64,000 nt of DNA from Eledone cirrhosa. Taxonomy: Eukaryota. Below are positions 54,204 through 64,000 of this stretch, piece after piece. The notes under the pieces are model-generated. The model saw nothing but the letters and a program-made list of their open reading frames with translations, had not been told where the DNA came from and did no database searches. A program made the translations under genes and the position numbers. How positions within the stretch are numbered: position 1 is the first letter of the stretch; every line of letters begins with the position of its first letter. The DNA is taken from positions 181,846,001 to 181,910,000 of the forward strand of contig OZ024741.1 in the NCBI GenBank assembly GCA_964016885.1, read 5' to 3'.

Positions 54204-57200
54204 ATGACCCTCCCAAGTATAACAATATCGGTTTCAACACACGATTTCAGATAAAGAATCTTGCTAAACAAATTCAGAAACGAAATATCGTAAGCCTTAG
54301 CCAGGCTAACAAGATACTGAAAACCACCATGTTCTGTTGTCTACGAAAAACCATAACATCTCGACAACTACGCTTCATAAAACTGTGCACCACTTCTAGA
54401 ATCTACACCAACACCATCAATACCGACGTTAGAAGATTACAACTCACCAAAAAACAAGCAGATAGGCTAAAACGAACTTTAATTCTAAACATAAAAAAGA
54501 AGATCTATAGAGAATTAAGTCATCAAGAAAAACTAAAGCGTAACCTAATACAAGAAATAGCTAAAATCACCACACCAGCAGAAAAAATAATATTTATAAG
54601 CCTTATACGCCCCGAAGAACAGTACATTACTCAAGAATGTGATAAGCACTTTAACAGAAAACTAAAGTGGCTTAAACAGGCAAAGCTAAATCGGGATACT
54701 ATAGAGTATACCAATAGATATCCCGACAAAATTGACGGTATCAACATGGGCGACACCTCATTATCAGCAGAGTTCAACAACGAAAATACCAACATTTATG
54801 GAAACACGGAAATAGATAATAATGAAATGTCTGTGTTACGTCTGCCACCCAAATTTGCGACATTCAAGAAGGTAAATATGATTAGATGTCTGTCAGATAT
54901 AGAAAAATCATTTACAAAACTACGCTGGAGCATCAAAAACAAAAGCAACAATATACGCACACACATATACAACACACATCCCAACAACAACAGACACACA
55001 GACACAAACAACAATAACAACAACAACAACAACAACAATAGCAACATACCCAGATACAACAACAACAGACACGCAGACACAAACAACAATAACAACACAC
55101 ACAACAACGATAACACACACGGAGACAACAATAACAACAACACACACATCAACAACAACAACAATAGCAACATACCCAGATACAACAACAACAGACACGC
55201 AGACACAAACAACAATAACAACACACACAACAAGGATAACACACACACACACGGAGACAACAACAACACACATCAACAACAACACACATCAACAACAACA
55301 ACACACACGCATTCAATGCCTCTCACCACCACCACAATCTTAACAAACACACAGACACAGAAAACAAGTAATGACAGTAGCACAGAAATCAGAGAAATAA
55401 GAGAAAGTAATAGGATTAAAAGGAAAAGGAGATGGGAGACTAAGGACAAAGAGAATAACCAAGACGAACACACAGACACACAAAATAGGGTAGATAACAA
55501 CATTGAGCCAGTGGAAAGAGACAGGAGTAATTATGAGAGACATAGAAACAACCATGAGGCTGTTGGTGGAAATAGAAATAGAAACAACACAACTAACAAT
55601 AATAATAGCACTAGTACACATAAAGCAGCAGCCTGGAACTCTCCGTTTTATAACCCCTCCGATAAATCATTCGACCTACGACGAGTCCACGCCACGACTT
55701 TGCCATTTAACAAACGCACGCAGTTGCCGTCGCAGGTCGATGAACAAACAGAAGCACAATTTAGTATAGCTAAATCCGAACTTAGAAATATTATAGAACA
55801 GTATAGCAAGAAGCATAATAGAATAGAGGCCCAGCAACTGGGAGAAGAATCTGCAAATGGCTTGCGTAAGCTCATGCAGCGCTCGCGTAATGGAGAGATA
55901 GCATGTTTTCCAACAGACAAGTCTGGCAGAATGTCGGTTGACAGCCTGCCAAACTACATCCAGGCAATGCAACCCCACATCACTAACACAAGAGAGGTAA
56001 CACCACAGGAGCATGAGGATAGAGAAAAAGCCCTCAATGTCCATATGGTGATGTGGACGAATATAATGCAGCCCAACAAAAGGACTGCCAACAACTTCCA
56101 GGCCTGGAACAATGACGTGCCGGCGTTGTATGGGCTTCGAAAAGACCATAAAACGGGCTGGGACCCTGTCGCGGGACCACCAACACGGCCAGTCTGTGGG
56201 GCTAACATTGCTAGTAACTACAGGCTGTCCTACTTCCTCTCCCTGATCATACGCCCCATCATTGAGATGTCCCCAGATGTGTGTGACAGCACGGAGGACC
56301 TCCTCAGCAGAATCGGCGCGGGTAACCGATCTTGGGACCTAACAAACTGCATAATAGGCAGTATGGATGCTGTGTCCCTGTATCTATCTATTGACGTGGA
56401 TTTTGCTGTGGAGAAATGCGTAGAAATGATCAGCGAGAGCAAGGTTGAGTTCCGTGGGATTGATACCAGTGAGCTGGGACTTCTACTTAAGCTTACCCAT
56501 AGTAATAGTTACCTAGACACTTATGACCTTAGCAACCTGTGCCCTACATGACCAGCATGAGGCAGACCACCTACCATTACCTCAATGGCCAAGAAAACCC
56601 ACACAGATAGATGGAACGGGTGGACCAGAGCCATACGGACACCCGAAAACCACGATGAACTGAAGAAAATGATTGCACATGCGGTAGGGGCCAGCATAAA
56701 ATTAACCCTTAAGGAACATATGTTCAAATTTAATGGTAAAACATATGCCCAAGAGGAAGGAGCAGCCATTGGTGTTAGCATTGCAGGCGACATAACTAAC
56801 TTATTCATGGTATGGTGGGACAGTAGACTTAAACAAAAACTTAATGAACAATTAGAAGACAGCTTAACCCTGATAATGTACTCCCGCTACGTAGATGATA
56901 TAAACATCGTAGTTAAGACACCCCCACTAAAGAACAGTCAGGAACTAGAGAAAAACACAATGGAAAGCATCCAGCAAATAGCAAACTCCATCCACCAGAG
57001 CATTAGAGTTACTATAGACTACCCAAGTAGACACCCCAACCATCGATTACCTGTACTAGACACAGAGCTCTGGTTAGATACCATTAACAACCAAAAACAA
57101 ATCCTCCATTCCCATTATGCCAAACCCATGACTTCCAAACATCTGATCCACCGAAACTCGGCCATTTCGGACCATACCAAAATCAACATACTGATTGCGG

Positions 57201-58018
57201 ATTTGGTACGGGTGATGAGAAATGTGTCCCGCATGTGCAACCCCGAAGAACTAGAGAGACACATACAACACTTCATCCACCGTATGCAGTTCTCTGGCTA
57301 CAATCAGAGAGATAGAATCAGAGTGTATAAAAGAGCCAGAACCAAATGGGAAAAAATGGTAAATAATGACATAAATGGGACCTGCCCCTTGTATAGGAGC
57401 AAATTTTGGAATAGAATAGAAAGAACTAGGAACAAGGCCAATAGAATAAACTCATGGTATGATAGCAATAAATACCAGAGTGTAATGTTCATCAATACAA
57501 CCCCTAGAGGCGAACTAGCCTACAAAATTAGAAGGGCCCTAAATAAACATAATCTCAATATTAAGATAGTAGAAAGACCTGGTACCTCCGTAAAAACACT
57601 TATTAGCAAGACATACCCGTTCCAAAGACCCTCATGTATAGATAAGAAATGTATAACCTGTAAAATAAGCCCCCATATTAACTGTAAAACTAGAAATGTA
57701 GTGTATAGCATAAGATGTACTGAAGGACAATGTAGAAACAAAAATATAGTGTACATAGGTGAGACAGCTCGTAGTATAGGGGAAGGAATAAATGAACACT
57801 GGCGAGACCTCCAATATAATAAAGAATCATCTGTGCTCTACCAACATGCTAAGATAGAACACAGGGGTAGATTAGAGAGCATAGAAATAAAAATAGAATC
57901 CACACACAGAAAAGACGCAATGTTTAGGCAAATTACAGAGGCAGTAAGCATAAAAGAATTAAAACCAAAATTAAATAGAAAATATGAGTGGAACAGCAAC
58001 ATCACAACTTACAATTAA
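54204..58018 (+). pseudogene. PLE polyprotein: RT + Cys-rich linker + GIY-YIG endonuclease
   Basis: LPPKF, TDKSGR, LYGLRKDHK, TRPV, SMDAVSLY, GAAIG, RYVDDI, LPVLD, CIDKKCITC..C, VVYSIRC..YIGETAR..EH..EA..LN. A 1-bp deletion follows the ATG (cccaag vs cccaaag in the other copies), and two TGAs occur at 56549 and 56558. Confidence 0.9.
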
Positions 58019-58305
58019 GGACAAAATGAAAACACACACACACATAGAACAAACAACTTACAATTAAGGACAAAATGAAAACACACACAGGACAAAATGA
58101 AAACACACACACACATAGAATAAACAACCAACCAAGAATAAATAAATAAATAAATAAATAAATAAACAAATAGATAAATGAACACAAACACACACAGACA
58201 CCCGGATGTGGCGCATGCGCAAACTGAGCACACAACACACACACAGAAACAAAATGGCGTAGGATAGAAGAAAGGAAAGGCACAGAAACGAAGAAAGGAA
58301 TCCCC

Positions 58306-58350
58306 AGTCACTGAAGAGGTCACAGAGTGTGTGACGAAAGGACTATGACT
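58306..58350 (+). ncRNA. Minimal type I hammerhead ribozyme in pLTR
   Basis: Same fold as 52217-52261; predicted cleavage after 58345 (CUA). One bulged G in stem II; stem III has only a 2-nt loop. Confidence 0.7.
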
Positions 58351-59002
58351 ATATATAAACAACTATCTGGTTGTAGAACCAACCAACCAACCAGAAATTT
58401 ATAAGTTTGTAGATTTGTAAATTTATAAATTTATAAATATATAATAAATTGAAGTGAAAGCAACTGGTGCGTGTGTTTCTTATTGGCAACATGACCCTCC
58501 CAAAGTATAACAATATCGGTTTCAACACACGATTTCAGATACAGAATCTTGCTAAACAAATTCAGAAACGAAATACTTTAAATATTTATAGTTTAAGTAC
58601 AAATAAACAATTTTCGGGAGAAAAGACAGTCGATTATATTGACCCCAGTACATGACTGGCACTTTATATTGTCGACCCCATAAGGTTGAAGGGCAAAGAT
58701 GAACTCAGAAAATAAAGTTGCGGAAGAAATACCACAGTTATTTTGGTTTGACGTGCTAAAAATCCACCGCATATGAGAAAATTGAAATACGTGTTGATTT
58801 GATTTATGCGAAAGTGTTTGAATAATGTTTTCGGTGAGAGAAATTTAAACTCTGTAAATGTTGTTTATCTTATTCAATAAACAAATTTGAGAAAGCACTG
58901 CTAGTAGTAGTTTCTAGTGAATACCTACTTATTCTCAACTGCTTACTACTTAGTTACTATGTGATGTGGTAGCTATGTTTATCAAAACATTACATGTCCG
59001 TA

Positions 59003-59165
59003 AGGCGGTGAAATGGCATAGTCGTTAGAACGTCGGATAGAATACTTTGAAGTAACCATTCCGACTCTGTTCTCTGAGTTCAAATCCTGGCGAGGTCAAG
59101 TTTGCCTTTCATCGGTTCATGGTCGATAAAAAAAAGTACCAATCAAGTAATGGGGTCGATTCATC
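59003..59165 (+). mobile_element. tRNA-derived SINE
   Basis: aggcggtgaaatggcatagtcgttag...gagttcaaatcc..gaggtcaagtttgcctttcatc. Confidence 0.7.
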
Positions 59166-60133
59166 CTCTATTTCTCTTCTCACGTCCTTTCTCTCACCCT
59201 CTCTATCCTTCTTTGGAAGAACTCTACTGTATTCAGGCCTGGAGAGAAGTGGGATCCACCAGGTTTTAAAAAATTCCCTAGAAACGCTGTATGTCAATAT
59301 GGTGCCCCCTACGATTTCTCAGGAGTTCTGTGTCCATACCATACCATACATGTCCATACAGTGTGAATTATATATGAAATTGAATCAGGATACGCCCTAT
59401 ATTTCGAGTGAAATAGGATAAATGAAACCCCATAAATTCAAACATTTACACAGTATAACATTCAATCATCCTGTGTACGAAGACTTAATCCATATTTTGT
59501 TTGTATTCTATTGCTCGTATTACTGTGTCACTTTGATCTGTTTTTTGTGTAATTTCGTTTACATAGTTAAATATACCTGTTTCAACACCAGAGAAATTAC
59601 TTAATCATAGACTAAATTGCAGTGGAAAAGGAATATATATTTCATCAGCTATCTCTTAACAAAATTGGAGTTGACAATACAATGTATGATGCAAGTTGTC
59701 TGCGCATGTGTGCAGCTTTACTCAGAAATTAGAAAACGTGCATCCACAAAAGATATATTATAGATACATGCATATTAGATACTCACAGATGTGTGCGTGT
59801 ATGTGTTTGTGTGTATGTGCATTTATATTTACATACACATTCATACACATGTATACACATACATGCACATGCATTCACAATCACATGTATGCATGCACCT
59901 ATACATATATTATATATATACATATACACACGGGTGCGCGCATCCCTCCACACACACTCACACGCATATATATATATATATATAATAATAATGAGTTGAT
60001 GGACCCAGCATATTTATCAATGCCAGGACCGGTTGTATCTTAGCGTACTCAATAGGCAATGTAAGATACATTCCCAGAGTATACACATAGTTATTCCCTT
60101 CAATACAACACACGTAAAACGGGTGCCTATAAA

Positions 60134-60257
60134 GGTTCCCGGACTCGAGTTTCGGCCGCACTTAATGCATCAGTAAGCACTTAATGCACTGCACCATCCG
60201 TCTGCATATATTATGCAACAATGCACAATCGGCTTATGCGGCTTCATCAGCGGGTAT
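60134..60257 (-). ncRNA. Type I hammerhead ribozyme with palindromic stem III and long loop II
   Basis: CCCG-CTGATGA-AGCCGCA...TGCGGCC-GAAA-CTCGAG-TC-CGGG (GUC cleavage triplet). Confidence 0.8.
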
Positions 60258-60284
60258 CACCTAATCAGCAACCAATCGATCGAC

Positions 60285-60324
<40 letters not shown>

Positions 60325-60330
60325 GGAAAA

Positions 60331-60373
<43 letters not shown>

Positions 60374-60377
60374 ATAT

Positions 60378-60460
60378 AGAAATGGCTTCTACAGGACTAG
60401 ATTTCCGGACTGATGATTCCCTCCGAATGAAACAGTTCTAGTCCTGTAGAAAACATTTCT
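60378..60460 (+). ncRNA. Hammerhead-like motif in a long hairpin (PLE pLTR-like remnant)
   Basis: TTCTACAGGACTAGA..CTGATGA-TTCcctccGAA-T-GAAACAGT-TCTAGTCCTGTAGAA. Confidence 0.55.
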
Positions 60461-60536
60461 AATTTATATATTTATGCTCTGCTATGTATTGAGTACCTTA
60501 CTTACTGTGGTTACCCCCCCCCATTGAACCCCAGGT

Positions 60537-60600
<64 letters not shown>

Positions 60601-60605
60601 GTAAA

Positions 60606-60640
<35 letters not shown>

Positions 60641-60649
60641 AAAGTCTGT

Positions 60650-60850
60650 CTCGAGCTCGGAGGCTCATTAGGCCGGTACTAATCCTTTGAAAGGTTAAAC
60701 GGCCAGCTACTGGTGGTACTTATTTTTCAGTATACTGGAGCAACGTGAAATGAAGTGTTTTGTTCGAGAACACAACACACAACCAAGTCCAGGAATCGAA
60801 CCCAGAACATTATGATTGTAAGTCCAACACCCCTTACCACTAGGCCACAT
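60650..60850 (-). mobile_element. tRNA-derived SINE, second family
   Basis: Minus strand gtggcctagtggtaagg (A box)...gggttcgattcc (B box), then gtgttgtgttctcgaacaaaacacttca. Confidence 0.7.
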
Positions 60851-62079
60851 GCCCCAACTATATATTAAGGATCAGAACAGCCGACTCGTGAAAGAAATAT
60901 GAAATGGTTGAGTGAGTATTCCGCAGTCACATGTACATTTAATGTAGTTATCAAGGGGATTCAACGTGACACAAGGCGTGACAAAGTTGTCTCTTTGAAT
61001 TACAGGTGCAACTCACTGTTTAATACGTTCCCTCGTATTTTTAAACCCAAACGTACGGATACCTCCATTGTTTTGAAGAGCAGCTATGACTTAAATATCT
61101 TAATCTCCGTTACCATTGAAGAGAAATTGCTGTGTCATGATTTTATTCTAGTTTTGTTTGCTGACCGAAATATGTAATTAATATAGCGTTCTTTTTTTAC
61201 ACCCGGATTAATCAATTAATCCTTAGAACCGGCATTTATAGCTATTTTATGAAGTGTTAAGCTGATGAAGCACAAATCTGCATCAAATCTATGCCTAGAT
61301 ATCAGTATACGTGAAGATAATTATGATAGAATCCAATAATTGTATAGAATTAATCTAGAGCCCTATATTTAAATAATAAAATCTTCCATTCTATCTTTAA
61401 GTTAATATTTCAGAAGACCATGTAAACATGCGGACACCTAGTAAACTAGAAGTATTATATATTTATATAATAAGGAGTGTTTTTAGGTGAGGAAAATAAA
61501 AACTGAAGTGAAAATTGGTAATTATATAGAAAAAGTGTAATAAGTAAATGGAGCAAAGTGAATGAACATAATATATTACTTATAAGAATAGCAAAATAAA
61601 TTAATATTTTTAGGTTAGTTGAAGGGTAAGTATATAAAACATGAATTTCCCTTGAGAGTCGAAGATATATGTAGGAACAAGACTCTATTGAAAAGCAAAA
61701 TGTCTACGATACATTAAACATAAATTGCACAAAACTTTCCTGTATTACAGCCCCACGTTATACCCTAACGGATAGTACGATCTATACGTGGATATTTTAC
61801 GTCTCGATGTGGGACCAGCGAACGTTTCCACGAACCAAAGTATCATTTTCCTGTCTTCCTCCGGTTGCAACGTTTTTTGAAATATCCAGTTCTGCGTTTA
61901 CAGATTGACTTTGTTAGTTTCAGAAGATCCCGTTAAGGGTGAAAGCAGCGATTCTTTGCTTAAACTTTAATCTGTTATTTTAATAAATATTTGCTCTACG
62001 GTTCTTATATATTTGATATATATTTATCCTTATCGAGCCCTCTTTGGATTTTAGTCTTCAAATTTATTATTATTACTAC

Positions 62080-62131
<52 letters not shown>

Positions 62132-62134
<3 letters not shown>

Positions 62135-62693
62135 TTTCTGAATTTGTTTAGCAAGATTCTTTATCTGAAATCGTGTGTTGAAACCGATATTGTTATACTT
62201 TGGGAGGGTCATGTTGCCAATAAGAAACACACGCACCAGTTGCTTTCACTTCAATTTAATTTATTAAATATTTATAAATTTACAAATTTATAAATTTCTG
62301 GTTGGTTGGTTGGTTCCACAACCAGATAGTTGTTTATATATATATAGTCATAGTTCTTTCGTCACACACTCTGTGACCTCTTCAGTGACTGGGGATTTCG
62401 TTCTTCGTTTCTGTGTCTTTCCTTTCTTCTATCCTACGCCAGAAAATGGCGTAGGATAGAAGAAAGGAAAGACACAGAAACGAAGAACGAAATCCCCAGT
62501 CACTGAAGAGGTCACAGAGTGTGTGACGAAAGAACTATGACTATATATATATAAACAACTATCTGGTTGTGGAACCAACCAACCAACCAGAAATTTATAA
62601 ATTTGTAAATTTATAAATATTTAATAAATTAAATTGAAGTGAAAGCAACTGGTGCGTGTGTTTCTTATTGGCAACATGACCCTCCCAAAGTAT

Positions 62694-62701
<8 letters not shown>
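62132..62701. mobile_element. 570-bp palindromic non-autonomous derivative of the Penelope-like element (two inverted pLTRs)
   Basis: 62132-62441 (minus) and 62447-62701 (plus) both match pLTR 58255-58570; hammerheads at 62346-62390 (-) and 62498-62542 (+); (TA)n on both sides. Confidence 0.9.
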
Positions 62702-62779
<78 letters not shown>

Positions 62780-62894
62780 ATATACATATATAAAGACAAT
62801 GTACTAAATCGTATTTTGGGGTTTTAAGGGTCTTCATCCCATTTCATAAACTATTTTTATATCAGATCTGCGCTTGAACACATCATCCTTTATA

Positions 62895-62955
<61 letters not shown>

Positions 62956-63055
62956 AACATGAGAAGAAAGTGAATACTGCGTGGTTGCACATGGGTAACA
63001 TTTTATAAAATTAGTCCCTCGTCAGTGATTTGATGGTAAGCGGGGTGGGGTATGT

Positions 63056-63135
<80 letters not shown>

Positions 63136-63659
63136 AGTGCTCATGATCCTTTTCTGAGCAGCAAAGACTGGAGGAGAGAAGAGAAGATATTCTCAAATGC
63201 GAGACCTGGCCCCAAACATTGCAATAAACCAAACCCCACTAAAGTGCCAGGTGGTGGAGTTGAGCTACGTAACGGATTAAGCATACAACTTGAATGGGCT
63301 ACGACGCGATTCCAGAAAGAATTGGAACAAATACCAGGAATCATCCAGTCTGCTGCTCTGAAGATTCCGTCAGTTCACCTCACAGTAATGGTATTTTATT
63401 TTACCAAGGCCGGAATAATGAAAGAAGTATTGAGACACAGAAAATAAAGAAACTGAATACATATCACAAATATATTTCATCTGACGTTCTATCGCTTCTG
63501 GCAATTCGCTGCGTTGAGTGTATTGTATGGATCCGTCAGTGACTTGCGTATTTTAAACCTGGCAGAACCCATCTTCTTTAGGTCTGAGCACAACCAATTT
63601 CTTCATTAGAAGGAGAGAAAGTAAGTGAGAAAGAGATATAGAGGAATAATCATATTGCT

Positions 63660-63772
63660 CTGGTAATTTATTGATCTCGAAAGAGTGAAAGGCAACGTTG
63701 GCTTCGGTGGGATTTGAACTCAGAGCGAGGGCACCGAGAAAGAATACCACAAAGCATTCTATCCGACGTTTC
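63660..63772 (-). mobile_element. Diverged tRNA-derived SINE fragment
   Basis: gtgaaaggcaacgttggcttcggtgggatttgaactcagag. Confidence 0.55.
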
Positions 63773-64000
63773 ATCTAATTCCCTATGGTATATCAATAAT
63801 TATAGGTCAAATATCAAAAGTTTTACAAGCATATTGTGTTTGTTTATTTATTCATCTATTTATTTGTTCAAGCAACATTTCCAATAGGACACCATTTCAA
63901 CTAGTTCAAACAATTCTGAAATAATTTGATCAACATTGAATAGTCAGCAATTTCTTTTGTCTAGGAGCAAATTAACAATTTTTCTTCACCTGATAGCAAG

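Larger units (their letters stand above)
54174..58575 (+). mobile_element. Penelope-like retroelement (Naiad-like) with ~115-bp terminal direct repeat
   Basis: 54174-~54286 is repeated at 58461-58575; long ORF with RT and C-terminal GIY-YIG; hammerhead in the pLTR. Confidence 0.92.

Noticed and set aside
56549-56560. Selenocysteine readthrough of the two in-frame TGAs (some Naiad PLEs are reported to encode selenoproteins)
   Set aside because: The sister copy has Arg (AGA), not Cys, at both sites; the Cys motifs use normal codons; no SECIS was recognised.
60780-60850. tRNA gene
   Set aside because: A and B boxes are present, but it continues into a SINE body without a proper acceptor stem.
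61262-61292. CTGATGAAGCA..TGCA hammerhead-like start
   Set aside because: No GAAA core and no stems I or III.

Overview
Eukaryotic, AT-rich, microsatellite-dense DNA with no convincing intact host gene. The tRNA-derived SINE families resemble those I recall from octopus, so a cephalopod source is likely (inference). The window is almost entirely nested transposons. It holds a frameshifted Helitron Rep/PIF1 element and a complete non-autonomous Helitron, a near full-length restriction-like-endonuclease (R4/Dong-like) non-LTR element with several 3' fragments all abutting (CATA)n, RTE-clade LINEs, a young ~610-bp RTE-derived non-autonomous element, and a hAT MITE with an 8-bp TSD. It also holds a young Penelope-like element (RT + GIY-YIG, Naiad-like) fused head-to-head to an inverted copy of itself. 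The most notable pattern is a set of 'tail-out' palindromic Penelope-type elements with a hammerhead-like fold in each arm, AT-rich or (TA)n flanks, and asymmetric ends. The two end-points are the same in the 6.5-kb element and in a separate 570-bp element. All structures were read by eye; no database searches were run.
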